A stretch of 58,684 nt of DNA. Origin: a candidate division FCPU426 bacterium (lineage in GTDB: Bacteria; Oederibacteriota; Muellerivitia; Muellerivitales; Muellerivitaceae). Below the pieces are notes generated by a model, which was given only the letters and a program-made list of their open reading frames with translations, ran no database searches and had not been told where the DNA came from. Below, one piece after another: positions 22,700-33,200 of the stretch. Positions within the stretch are counted from its first letter, which is position 1, and each line of letters opens with the position of its first letter. Where the stretch lies: assembly GCA_963830915.1 (NCBI GenBank), contig CAWHOE010000039.1:1-58684 (forward strand), in the 5' to 3' direction. A program made the position numbers and the translations under genes.

Positions 22700-24219
22700 T
22701 AACTACCATTCCTCGAACGTGAAATGGCGAACTTGCCAAAAGTCCGGCCGTTAGGCGCTTCCAATACATAATAATAAAGACCAGCGGCTACGGGATTCCC
22801 TTCCCCATTGTTCCCATCCCAATAAATGACCCCATTACCCAAATTCAACGGATACGGTTCAATGTCCGCTGGGCCGTAAGCCCGAACCAAAGCCAGTGTC
22901 ATGGTGTAGATCTTCAGGGTGGACCCATAAGGCACACAGGCGATCTTGATACAAGGGCTCCCGCTTGGACAGAGGTTGTTCAAGGGAGGGCTATGCTGGA
23001 AATCCATCGGATTTGGGAAGATCGTGATGGGGCAAGGTGTCGCCGGAGTATTGGTGATGGTTGGAGTGTTCGTGATAGTGGGTGTGTTGGTAATGGTGAA
23101 AGTCCAAGTCGCGGTAGGAGTCCAAGTTTGAGTGGGCGTCCAGGTCGGTGTGAAAGTCCAAGTCCAGGTATAGGTGCTGGTCGCCGGGACTGGCGTCGAG
23201 GAATTGGTGGGAGATGGGGTGGAAGTGAAGGTTCCTGTGGCGGTTGCCGTTGATGTAGGGGGAGCTGGTGTGGAGGTATAAGTGGATGAAGGAGTGGACG
23301 TATAAGTTCCCGTATCCGTAGCCGTCGAGGTGGGAGGCGGGGTAGTGGTATCGGTGGGAGATAACGTTGGTGTATTGGTCGGGGTGTTGGTAGGGGTATC
23401 GGTGGAAGTATTGGTATCGGTTTTTGTGAAGGTATTAGTGGGGGTTCCTGTATCCGTATTGGTCGGGGTTAAGGTGGGTGTATAGGTTTGGGTCGCGGTA
23501 TAGGTAAAGGTATTGGTGGGCGTGATGAGGCACGATAGCTGACTGGAATCCCGTAAATTATCCACATAGACATAGCTTGAATTCAAATCCCCGGCCTGAC
23601 CAGCGGGGAGCACGATCTGCACAAGCGAAATCGGATTGGTCAACGAAGGATACTGACTAAGATCCAGGAATACAGTGGCCCACTTGTGAGGGGTGGAGGT
23701 GCCGGAAATGGTTGCCGGAGGGGACTCGCAGTTATTGAGCAGATCATTATTATTGGTCACAGCCTGATTCCCCGCCGTATCGGTCACGATAATGGTGAAA
23801 TGTTTCCCGGCGGCGCTGGTTGTATCCACATCTAATTGGATATATTGGAAACTGGTGACTGCCATGGAAGAGTCCATATAGGTCAAGGTGACGGCACAAG
23901 CCGCGCAAGCGCCTACTGCCGTAATGGCCGCGTAATAAGTCGAGTCCGCGGGGAGGGTGAAAGGATCGTATGTGACCCCTCCGCTGGCATAACCATTTTC
24001 GATAACGGACAACCCATACTGGGCAACGTTTGTTGCCGGGCCTGCATTGATGGTCCAATTGGTGGTAATGGGAGTAGCTGTGGCCGCCCAAGATGCGAAA
24101 TATTGTTGGGGGTCTCCGGAAAGAGCATTTGCGCGGTTAGGCAAAAAGGATGTCACTGTCAGGGAAAGACCGATCAAAGCGATCCCCCGCCAAGTTAAAA
24201 ACCGACCTTTTAAACGCAT
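22699..24219 (-). CDS. Secreted protein with Thr/Pro linker and C-terminal FlgD-Ig/T9SS-CTD-like domain
   Basis: Signal peptide; Cys-containing beta-rich N-domain; TPT linker; ITIFPNPM...LKIYTM...[22 protein letters not shown]. Confidence 0.8.
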   Translation of the reverse strand: MRLKGRFLTWRGIALIGLSLTVTSFLPNRANALSGDPQQYFASWAATATPITTNWTINAGPATNVAQYGLSVIENGYASGGVTYDPFTLPADSTYYAAITAVGACAACAVTLTYMDSSMAVTSFQYIQLDVDTTSAAGKHFTIIVTDTAGNQAVTNNNDLLNNCESPPATISGTSTPHKWATVFLDLSQYPSLTNPISLVQIVLPAGQAGDLNSSYVYVDNLRDSSQLSCLITPTNTFTYTATQTYTPTLTPTNTDTGTPTNTFTKTDTNTSTDTPTNTPTNTPTLSPTDTTTPPPTSTATDTGTYTSTPSSTYTSTPAPPTSTATATGTFTSTPSPTNSSTPVPATSTYTWTWTFTPTWTPTQTWTPTATWTFTITNTPTITNTPTITNTPATPCPITIFPNPMDFQHSPPLNNLCPSGSPCIKIACVPYGSTLKIYTMTLALVRAYGPADIEPYPLNLGNGVIYWDGNNGEGNPVAAGLYYYVLEAPNGRTFGKFAISRSRNGS

Positions 24220-24228
24220 TCAGGGCTC

Positions 24229-25569
24229 CTAAATCACTAGATCCAAAAGATTGATCGCCCCAACACCCGTCGACCCAGGCTGACTATTATTGGACAAATT
24301 TTGATTAGCCGTAATATTTAACGAAGGTGTTACATAACCTTGATCAATTAAACTTGCCCCCTGATCCCCCGCGCCGGGGTTTACGTTGATTAAACCCGAT
24401 AAGACCTGGGAACTTTGCCCATTATCCTCATTTACCCTATTTGACGCAACCATTTCGGACTGGGTATCGGTCTTAATGGCCCCAGGCATATTCGATCTTG
24501 CATTTGGGGTTAATGGAAGAACCTGAAGGTTCTTGAGCGCCTCTTGAGCCTGACCGACAAAATTTTCCACTCCCGCCTCCCGGATCTTTCCGAGAATGTT
24601 AGCCGTCTGCGCTTGACGGGTTTCTGGGCCGCCTTGCGGCGCTCCCTGCGTGGAAACGATCAGCGGCTTGGTTCCCTGCGCCTTGTTTTGCTCGGTCTCC
24701 GCAAGAGAACCCTGATAGGGGGCGTTCACGTTGATGGCTGTCACAGGAGCCATTGAACCAGGGAGTACTTGGGTTGGCGGCGGTGTGGAAGGGATAACGG
24801 TCTTTGGTATTTTCACGGCCGGTTTGATAGTTTTAGCGGAAGTCCCATCGGGCACAGATACTGGCGGAGTTACTGAAAATGGTTTAGATTTAGCAGCGTT
24901 GGATAAATTTGCCGTGCCTTTGTTTTGCCCCATCGCCAATCCCCAACGCTGAAGGATTCCCTTAATAGTCTGCGATTGTTTCACAATGGCCGGGTCATTA
25001 ACGGGAGGGCTAATCACAGTTTTAGTTGAACCAGCGTCCATCTTTGAGCTAATGGCTGGTTTATTTTGAACATTTTCTTTCGCGTTCCCTTTGACTGCGG
25101 AGACAGGACCAGGTGTTTTTAGAATCTGAGACAAATTGGCTCTTTGAGCTGGAAGGATTTGTCCCGTTCCTTTAGTACCCAACTCGTTATCAGCAGAAGA
25201 CCTTGATGGCGGCAGTTCCCCGCCAGAGCTATTGACCGGGATCTTTTGCTCCACATCTGAATTAACTAAAGGTTTAGGGGTCGGTTTTCCCGCCGTACTT
25301 GAGGCAAGTTGTCCAATTTGGCGAAGACCTTGCTGGAGAACTTCCAGACCTTTAATGGCCGATTGAATGGCGGGTTTCAGCGGTTCGAATTTTCCAATGA
25401 CATCTTGCACGGCCTTGGCCTGAAGTGAGCCTTGCGGGTTTTTCCCTTTGTTTTCCTCGTCGGTCAAGGTGTCTTTGGGTTTGAGATAACTAGGCTGTTG
25501 AAACTGAAGGGACGGATCGACCGGAATACGATTTTTGGCGGAAATGGAATCGTTCATCGGTGAAATCAT
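24229..25569 (-). CDS. Hypothetical low-complexity (P/Q/S/N/K-rich) protein
   Basis: 446-aa ORF with SD GGAGG, tightly spaced between flbD and the CTD gene; no recognisable domain. Confidence 0.65.
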   Translation of the reverse strand: MISPMNDSISAKNRIPVDPSLQFQQPSYLKPKDTLTDEENKGKNPQGSLQAKAVQDVIGKFEPLKPAIQSAIKGLEVLQQGLRQIGQLASSTAGKPTPKPLVNSDVEQKIPVNSSGGELPPSRSSADNELGTKGTGQILPAQRANLSQILKTPGPVSAVKGNAKENVQNKPAISSKMDAGSTKTVISPPVNDPAIVKQSQTIKGILQRWGLAMGQNKGTANLSNAAKSKPFSVTPPVSVPDGTSAKTIKPAVKIPKTVIPSTPPPTQVLPGSMAPVTAINVNAPYQGSLAETEQNKAQGTKPLIVSTQGAPQGGPETRQAQTANILGKIREAGVENFVGQAQEALKNLQVLPLTPNARSNMPGAIKTDTQSEMVASNRVNEDNGQSSQVLSGLINVNPGAGDQGASLIDQGYVTPSLNITANQNLSNNSQPGSTGVGAINLLDLVI

Positions 25570-25598
25570 TTCTCGCCTCCTAAAAAATCTACGATGGA

Positions 25599-25799
25599 CT
25601 ACTTTTTATCGGCCACGGTCGGAAAACATCGGGCCCTGAACTCGACGATCCGGTCAATGACTTGAGGAATGGTCTCTTTAACGGTCAATTTCTTGCCATT
25701 TTCAATGGTCAGGATGGTCTCGGGAGAACTCTCCGCGAAAAGGATAAGGTCGGCGTTCACGAACACTTCCTGGCCGTCCAACCTGGTCACCTTGATCAT
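25599..25799 (-). CDS. flbD: Flagellar FlbD (SwrD-like) family protein
   Basis: MIKVTRLDGQEVFVNADLILFAESSPETILTIENGKKLTVKE matches the family pattern. Confidence 0.9.
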   Translation of the reverse strand: MIKVTRLDGQEVFVNADLILFAESSPETILTIENGKKLTVKETIPQVIDRIVEFRARCFPTVADKK

Positions 25800-25872
25800 G
25801 GTTTCTCCTAAAATGGTTCTTTAAATATATTTTAGCACATTATTTGGTCCTAAAATGACCACTTACAACCTA

Positions 25873-25908
25873 TAAAAAAGCGACTTCCCAAGTCATGGAA
25901 GTCCGCTT
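25873..25908 (-). terminator. Intrinsic terminator after the propeller lipoprotein
   Basis: Minus strand gcggacttcc-atgacttg-ggaagtcgc followed by tttttt. Confidence 0.7.
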
Positions 25909-25961
25909 AAAGGGACTGATTTATTGGTTAAACCCATAACACAAAGAGATTGATAAGACCT

Positions 25962-27014
25962 TCAAGGCGAATGCCAGACATCGTTGTAATAAGTAACGGC
26001 GCAAGCAGCTGTGCCCCAACATTGGGTATCGAACCCGCCCATGACCCATAGTTGGTTATTGTAGGAAAGCGCCAAGTGACCATCCCTGGCCGGATAATAC
26101 GAAGGATGATAACCCCAATTGATCCCGTCCGATGAAGTTAGATAACCAGTGATGGGGGGGTAGGTCGGAGTACTCCCGGGCGTCAACCAAAGGGTTCCGT
26201 TAACACCGGTAAGTTGAGCATAAACTAGGTTATAACCATTCGAGCTTAATCCAGTGTCATTTATCTGAACCAGATTCGTTCCGTCAAAAGTCCATTCGTC
26301 GTATAAACCTCCAAGATTGGTGGCCGTAGGTAGTCCGCTAGCTCCCCCATAGATCCAGATAAGGCTGTTGAATATGGTCCCCGCCGCTCCCCACCTGGCC
26401 ACGAAACCCGAGGGGTTCGTCGCCAAAGGTGCGACAGCCGGAGCTATCTTGCTCCAATTAGCCCCATCCGCGGATGTCCAGATATCGTTATCGGCTGTTC
26501 CAGCGGACCAACCGCTGATGACATACATGGCGCCATTGAAGGACAAGGCGATAAAATCCTCGCGGGGAGTGAAAATGGGTGCGGCTGTCGTGACCTGATT
26601 CCAGGTGGTCCCATCCGATGAATTCCAAACATCGTTCATTAAAGTCCCGCCTTTATTCCCACCGATGACCCATAATTTACCGTTGAAGGAAAGGACTCCG
26701 GGAGAATACCTGGCCCCGAATGGCGCCGAGGAATTATTTTGTTTCCAGGTAATACCGTCGCTTGAGGAATAGACATCGCCATAATAATTCGTCACAGATC
26801 CCGAACCTGAGGCGCCTCCAATGACGTACATGGTACCGTTGAAGACCGTACCGCCAATGCCGTAGCGGGGAGCCCAAGGAGCGTCGGCCGTAGCCTCAAG
26901 CCAGACGCCTGAGGTCGGAGAAGTTGGACTTGATTTGGAACAACCCCAACCCTGCAAAAGCATTCCGCAAAAGAGCGAAAGGAGGATGACAAAGTAGAGT
27001 TTGCTTGAACGCAT
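25962..27014 (-). CDS. Kelch/galactose-oxidase-like beta-propeller lipoprotein
   Basis: Lipobox-like GWGC; repeats R(Y/W/E)...FNGxM/L(Y/W)VIGG...NDVWxSxDGxxW. Confidence 0.8.
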   Translation of the reverse strand: MRSSKLYFVILLSLFCGMLLQGWGCSKSSPTSPTSGVWLEATADAPWAPRYGIGGTVFNGTMYVIGGASGSGSVTNYYGDVYSSSDGITWKQNNSSAPFGARYSPGVLSFNGKLWVIGGNKGGTLMNDVWNSSDGTTWNQVTTAAPIFTPREDFIALSFNGAMYVISGWSAGTADNDIWTSADGANWSKIAPAVAPLATNPSGFVARWGAAGTIFNSLIWIYGGASGLPTATNLGGLYDEWTFDGTNLVQINDTGLSSNGYNLVYAQLTGVNGTLWLTPGSTPTYPPITGYLTSSDGINWGYHPSYYPARDGHLALSYNNQLWVMGGFDTQCWGTAACAVTYYNDVWHSP

Positions 27015-27106
27015 GAACGCCTCTTAAATCCTTGATGGTATTTCGAGGGTGTTTTGAAGTCAGTACGTCATTTTAAAACGCTTAGACCGACCCTATCACT
27101 TGAAGA

Positions 27107-27138
27107 AAAAAAGCGGCGCCCCCATTCGGAAGCGCCGC
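27107..27138 (-). terminator. Intrinsic terminator after flgE
   Basis: Minus strand gcggcgc-loop-gcgccgc followed by T7. Confidence 0.8.
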
Positions 27139-27185
27139 CCATGAATACGGCCACGGTTACCCGTTGCCGTGAAGTTCAACCTTTA

Positions 27186-29165
27186 TCAACCACCCTGACC
27201 TAACTGGGTCAAGACCTGCAGGTTGGCGTTTTCCACTGAGATCACGCGGGAGTTCACATCGAATCCCCTCTGCGCGATGATCATGTTGGAAAGCTCGACG
27301 GTCAGGTCCACGTTGGACCCTTCTAACGAGCCGCCCTCGATGGCGCCCATGCCGTTCTTATTGGCGACACCCAGTGTCACAGCGCCCGTGTTGCTGGACG
27401 TGGTGTAGTAGTTCGTCCCCACCGAGTTCAAGCCGCCTTCGTTCTCGAAGCTGGCCATGAGCACCTGTCCCAGAGCGGTCGTTTGACCGTTCGAGAACTG
27501 GCCCTGGATGGTGCCGGTCGTGTCGAAGGAAATGCTTTGCAGGGTTCCATCGGCGTAACCGTTTTGGTTGGTAGTGGCGTGGCTATTAGCCACGTAGGTA
27601 TTGACTCCGTTGATGACCTGATAGGTCCCCTCGGCGTCGCTATAGAGACCGTCCCTCTTGGCGCCCACGATGGTTCCAGGAGCGTTATCCCCGGGCCCTT
27701 CGGTGTAACCCGCGGTTCCGAAATTCATCGTGACATCGAGAATTTCAGCTCCTAAGGTCGGGATCGGTGAAACAGGTGTTGTCGAAGTTGCTGGATTCGG
27801 CCCCAGAGGAGCCGCCGCCACCTGACTGGCCGGAAGATAAACATGGGCCGCGACTTGGATCGAACCAGCTGCGGCACCAGCAGGATTCTCAACACCTCCC
27901 ATGGAAGCCAAAGAACCATCCGAGTTGAAATAGATCAGATCGCCTTCGTAAGTATTGCCGGCGATCCCGCGATCATAACCAGTATTCACTCCAGCGACTG
28001 CTTGTCCAGAACCTTCATAAATACCAGTTCCACCCAGCAGGGTAGCGTTACTGACTGCCGCCCCATTGGTTGTATCGAATGAATACCAGGCGTAAGCCAC
28101 CTGGTTCAAGGGCGAAGGATTCACCGGTGGTACCGATTGTCCTAGGTCCTCCACCTGATAGAACAAGGTGGTGATGGTATGAGGCGTACCCACGGAGTCG
28201 TAAACCGTCTGACTGGAGGTCAAAGCGGGCGTTACCGGAGGCTGTTGTTGCCAGGCGAAATTCTGGATGGTACCGGCCGGTGGATTTTGAATGGCGTTCA
28301 AAGAAACACCACCCTGAATGACCGGCTGGGTATGCCCAGCGTTATTTGGGTCTTGCAAGGCCGCTAAATCGTTGATCTGTTGCATGACAGTTTCAGTGCC
28401 AGCAGGAGGACCAACAGGGAAAGGATTTTCTTTTATCATTTTTGTATTAAGAAAATCCGCGGCAGGAAGTTGACCCAAAGGCAGGGTGTAAGGATTCGCG
28501 GCCGTTCCAGCTCCCAGATCCAAAACCTGAGCGGACTGGAACGAGTCCAAATTCCCCACAAAATTCAAGGAAGTGGTGGCTTTCGCCGGTTCCACAAAGC
28601 CGGGCTTGATCTGGATATTGGAAGCGGCCGACAGGTTTGAGTTGTCCACCACCAGATTGGCGGCGGTCACTTTCAATGGTTCAGGATTCAAAGCGTTACC
28701 GTTGGTCGAATTGATGGTCGTCTGGGTGTACTCAACCTGGGCCGAAAAGCCCTGGATCAAGCCGCCATTGGCGTCCACCAGATTACCGTTGCTATCAAAG
28801 GTCAGGTTTCCGGCGCGGGTATAAAGAGTGCTGTCACCGGTTTTGGAAACCAAGAACCCGTTGCCATTGATCGCCACATCGGTGGCGTTCCCTGTGTTTT
28901 GGATAGGCCCTTCCGTCCAGATGGTCTGGATGGACTCGACCCTCGTGCCCAACCCGATCTGTTCTGGATCTACGCCGCCCAAATTACTGCCGGAGTTATC
29001 CCCCGTGCCAGCGTTAAGGGTTTGGCTGAACTGCGTCGCGAACTCCACCCGTGTGCTCTTGTAAGCCACCGTGTTGGTGTTGGCGATGTTGTTGCCGATC
29101 ACGTCCAACCAGGTGCTGTTGGCTTGGAGACCGGAAATTGCGCTGAACATATCTCGAAGACCCAT
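27186..29165 (-). CDS. flgE: Flagellar hook protein FlgE
   Basis: SGLQAN...LDVIGNNIANTNT; TDVAINGNGF; YTRAGN; VYDSVG; LEGSNVDLTVELSNMIIAQRGF. Confidence 0.97.
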   Translation of the reverse strand: MGLRDMFSAISGLQANSTWLDVIGNNIANTNTVAYKSTRVEFATQFSQTLNAGTGDNSGSNLGGVDPEQIGLGTRVESIQTIWTEGPIQNTGNATDVAINGNGFLVSKTGDSTLYTRAGNLTFDSNGNLVDANGGLIQGFSAQVEYTQTTINSTNGNALNPEPLKVTAANLVVDNSNLSAASNIQIKPGFVEPAKATTSLNFVGNLDSFQSAQVLDLGAGTAANPYTLPLGQLPAADFLNTKMIKENPFPVGPPAGTETVMQQINDLAALQDPNNAGHTQPVIQGGVSLNAIQNPPAGTIQNFAWQQQPPVTPALTSSQTVYDSVGTPHTITTLFYQVEDLGQSVPPVNPSPLNQVAYAWYSFDTTNGAAVSNATLLGGTGIYEGSGQAVAGVNTGYDRGIAGNTYEGDLIYFNSDGSLASMGGVENPAGAAAGSIQVAAHVYLPASQVAAAPLGPNPATSTTPVSPIPTLGAEILDVTMNFGTAGYTEGPGDNAPGTIVGAKRDGLYSDAEGTYQVINGVNTYVANSHATTNQNGYADGTLQSISFDTTGTIQGQFSNGQTTALGQVLMASFENEGGLNSVGTNYYTTSSNTGAVTLGVANKNGMGAIEGGSLEGSNVDLTVELSNMIIAQRGFDVNSRVISVENANLQVLTQLGQGG

Positions 29166-29185
29166 TGTTTTCCTCCTTAGAGTTT

Positions 29186-29238
29186 AAGCGGATGATCTAC
29201 CCGCTTTATTCCGGGCTCCCTCTATGAGGTCCAGCCCG
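29186..29238 (-). promoter_or_regulatory. Candidate cis-regulatory RNA in the flgE leader
   Basis: CGGGCU-GGAC-CUC-AUA-GAG-GG-AGCCCG, then hairpin AAGCGG...CCGCUU just before the SD AAGGAGG. Confidence 0.55.
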
Positions 29239-29261
29239 TCCTTCACTGCAAAACCCTGCTG

Positions 29262-29666
29262 CTAGACGATCACCGCACTATCTATGTTGGTGAAGACATT
29301 CTCTTTCATACTGCCGCCGTCCAGCGCCGTGATCACGGTTCGGTTGGTCACGCTGACGATGAAAGCCTGGTTGTCCATGACGAGCAGGGACTGCCTGGCG
29401 CCCTTGGAAGCCGCTTTATTGACGGCGTCCGTGATACGGGAAAGATCATCGGGGGAAAGATCGATATTACGTAAAGCCAATCTTTCTTTGGCGTGAGCCG
29501 AGAACTTTAACGCTTGTCCCTTGTCCACCGTGCCTTGCAGTACGGATTCAAAGGGCTGAACGGCTTCCGCTGCCTTGCTCGCCTGCTGCTGCATCGCTTG
29601 CAGTTGAGCCTGGGTAGTTTCTACCGATTTGAAAAGCGCGTCGTTAAAGTTAACTTGCTGAACCAC
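29262..29666 (-). CDS. Flagellar operon protein, TIGR02530 family
   Basis: LKFSAHAKERLALRNI...KGARQSLLVM...VSVTNRTVITA...KENVFTNIDSAVIV; located between flgD and flgE. Confidence 0.92.
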   Translation of the reverse strand: MVQQVNFNDALFKSVETTQAQLQAMQQQASKAAEAVQPFESVLQGTVDKGQALKFSAHAKERLALRNIDLSPDDLSRITDAVNKAASKGARQSLLVMDNQAFIVSVTNRTVITALDGGSMKENVFTNIDSAVIV

Positions 29667-29715
29667 TTTGTCTTCACCTGCCTTTTTTAAGACCTAGGAA
29701 ACTAGGCCCTTACTG

Positions 29716-30153
29716 TTACGAACCGCTAGCCGTGGATGAAACCGTGCCGATGTTCTGGATGGCCGACAATGGATAATTCGTCCCATTGACTTGAACAGCC
29801 GGACCATTGGCATAATAAACGATGCCGCTTACCTTGCCTGACACATAGCCACTTGCGGTGGTCGGATCAGCTATCGTCACAGTCTGACCAATCAAACCTG
29901 TCACCGAGTTATCCAAAACCTGATTCATGCTCGTGTTCAAGTTCGACATTTGCTCCAGCGAGGAGAACTGCGCCAACTGGGCGACGAACTGACTGCTGTC
30001 CTGCGGGTTCATCGGATCCTGATTTTTCAACTGAGTGATCAATAACGTTAAAAAAGTGTTTTGGGATACGAACTGACTAGAGGTCGAAGCCAAAGCGCTT
30101 GATATAGAGTTATTGCCCGAAGAGGATCCCGTACTTCCGACTCCTGAGATCAT
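29716..30153 (-). CDS. flgD: Flagellar hook capping protein FlgD (short form)
   Basis: FLTLLITQLKNQDPMNPQDSSQFVAQLAQFSSLEQM. Confidence 0.96.
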   Translation of the reverse strand: MISGVGSTGSSSGNNSISSALASTSSQFVSQNTFLTLLITQLKNQDPMNPQDSSQFVAQLAQFSSLEQMSNLNTSMNQVLDNSVTGLIGQTVTIADPTTASGYVSGKVSGIVYYANGPAVQVNGTNYPLSAIQNIGTVSSTASGS

Positions 30154-30180
30154 TAAAATCACCCCGCTTTCTTGAATAAA

Positions 30181-30207
30181 CTAACGTCCAATTCCCATAA
30201 AACTTAA
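30181..30207 (-). promoter_or_regulatory. Sigma-28-like promoter upstream of flgD
   Basis: TTAAGTTTTATG-ggaattg-GACGTTAG; same element as upstream of flgM. Confidence 0.65.
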
Positions 30208-30230
30208 CCTTTTTTCATCAAAAAAACCAT

Positions 30231-33200
30231 TTAAACCAGCATATCAACAAGGCTATTCCTGCTCGACAAAACCCCTGAAACGCTGGCATTTTCAGGGTTT
30301 TGGGACTGATCAGCCAGGGCCGAGGAAAGATCCACCGGTAAACGGTAGCCAAAGCCTTCTTGTTGGTACTGGAAATACTGAGCTAAAAGGTTCGTAGACC
30401 CACCTTGTACCTGGACCTGCAACTGGTCTATTTGAAGCCCAGCCTGATTCAAAGCTGTTTTTAGATCGACCATGTGTTGTTGTAAGGCTTCCTTGACGTC
30501 TGGGTTGGTCACAATGATTCGGGCCGAAACCGACTGATCCACCAAGGAAACCTGGACATTCACCCTACCCAAACTTTCCGGGATCAACTGGAAACTGAGG
30601 GTGGAAACAGTCCTGGCTTCAGCTATATGGGAAGCTATTTGACTGGTCACATTCTGGAAGAGACTTACGTTATTGGTCGTATTATTCGCGACCGTATCGT
30701 TGGAAAGATTGGAAACATTCTGGTTTTCCGTGGCCTTGCTTTGGACTGAATTGATGACGTTCGCCGAGGCGTTCATGACAGCGAGATTGGAAACGGTGTT
30801 TGCGGATAATTTATCCTCAAGATTCAATGCGTTCGGCTGAGCGGATTTACCAAGATCCGTTACGGCTGTCACAGCCTCAGGAGTCGCTGTAGTCACGGCG
30901 TTTGCCTGCTGTACAGCCGCGGAACCCGAAATGGTGTTATTTGGGGCGGTTTCCTGGGTTTGGGCCGAGACCTGATTTTTCATGGCTTCCGCGGTAATGA
31001 CCGACCCTGTCAAGCCTTGAGCCATAGGGACTTGGGGTGTTTGATTAACAACGTTCGAAGTTTGCCCAGCCGATTGATTGGCGGCCAACACAGTGGTCGC
31101 TTGGCCGTTATTGATCGATTGAACAGGAGCAACCGGAAGAACAGCCGTTGAGCCTGCAGGAACAACGCTAGCCGCTTGCGCGTTAGAGGTTGAAACCGGG
31201 GCAATAACCTGAACACCAGCAGGTTGATAAGCTGGAGTAACGATGTTATTAGTTGGTGTTCCTGCTTGGTAAATGGAAGGTTGGGTGATCGTTGAAACCG
31301 CCGTATTAGTAACGGTATTTTGAACGAGTGGATTGTTTAATACTTGGTAAACAGCATTATTAGCCTGTGTTTGGGAAGCTATGGTCGGCTCGTTGTTCAC
31401 CTGATTAGTCACAAAGATTGAATTATCCCCCGCGACAGTCGTCACCGAGTTCGCGGAGATTGTCTGTGTCGGCGTTTGGGGAATGGCCTGCGTCGTTTTG
31501 ATAGCATTGGGTTGGGTGGTTAAATTGGTCGGCGGCGCTTGATCGACTTGGATCTCTATTTGCTGATTTACCGCCTGAACCTGGCTCCCGCCAGGGACCA
31601 CTTGTTGGTTCGAGGTCAAGATCTGTTGCGTTGTGGAAACGACTATTTCATTAACGGTAAGAACTTGAGGATCGATATTCGCTCCCGAAGGTTGGGTAAC
31701 GGCCTGGGATGTAACAAGATTCGGCACAACTACCAAACGGTCTTGTGAGGCTTGAGTCGCCGGTTGAATGTTCAGGTCTGGCACTATCGGCGATAACGGC
31801 CTGTCATTGACCGGAATAACCTGTGTTGAGACATCCCGGTGATCTTGCGCGGTAGGAGTTCCAACCCCTTGACCGGCGAGAAGATTAAGCTGATCGATCA
31901 AGTTGTTTAATCGGTTAATGACTTGAAGGTCTATCGGAGCATTCGTCGTTGTCGTTGAGGTAACTTGACCCTGATTTTGTTCGAGGTTGGTCGCCAATAG
32001 CACGCCGGGTAACGGTTGGTTCCCTTGACCATTACTTCCCTGATCGACATTGGGTGTTATCGCCCCTTCAATTGATGGTACAGGCTGAACCGTTACCGGC
32101 ACCGTGTTGGCCTGAATGACCGCCAATAGACTTTCCAACGATTGATTTTGGGAGAAGGATTGTTTCAATTGGGCCTGGGAAGCGTTCTTTTGATCAGTAA
32201 GATAACTCTGCAACACCACCTGCCCAGCCCCTGCCTGGGTAAGGGCCTGGACCAAAGCCATCATGTTTTGTTTCATTGCGTCCGCTTGGTCCGCTGTGTT
32301 GGCGATTTGAACATTGTTGGTCATGATATTGACCGGTTGGGACTGGTCGCCTTTTGCGCCCAGTTCTGAAAGTGTCTTTAACAACGCATCCACCCGATCA
32401 GGGGTCAGCGCCTTAGAATTTTGGGTGTTACCGGTTCCCTGACTTGTAACGGATATATTAAGGTTTTGTATATCAACATAAAGCAACGAGGCTTGGTTGG
32501 CGGATTGTTGGTATTGAGCCGCTTGAGTATCCGTAAAGGAAACCTGTAACGTCACGCTGGTTCCTGTCCCCGTACCTAAAACCGAAGACACCTGACCGTT
32601 CGACGCGGCTTGTTCATCCGTTTGGGTATTTTGATTCCCAGCCAAAAGAACCTGCTGATTTTGAAGCAATCCCTGCAACGCCTGACCCAAAAGATTATCC
32701 CTTTGGTCTTTCGAAAGATTCATGGGGTTTTCCCCTGCCGGCAAGGAGTTGGATAAGGATTTCAACGCCGAAAGCAGGGCCGTTGCGTCCGCCGGGCTGA
32801 TCTGCCCCCCGCTCGCGGAAACCAAAAGGTTTTGGGCCTGCGCTGGGTCCATATTCAATAAGTTTGAGGACAATTGCAGAGCTCTGGAAAGACCCATTGC
32901 TAAGGCCGCGATTGTCTTTTCTAATTGAGCTAATTGATTTTGGTTACTTACGTTGACTGTCTCAGTGATCTGAACCTCGGTTTGAGCCGCTACATCGATT
33001 TGCGATACAACGTTTGTCGCTATTTGGCTTCCTTGAACCGTATTTCCCTGCGCCGATGTCCCTTGCGAAGTTGGTTGGGTTTGAACGGAAGGCGAACCAT
33101 GATTAGGGTTGTTACCTTGTTGACCACCATTGGTCTGGGTAGAGAGTTTTGCCAAGATATCGTCGAAAGAACTTCCGTTTTGGTTATTCCCTTTGGGCGT

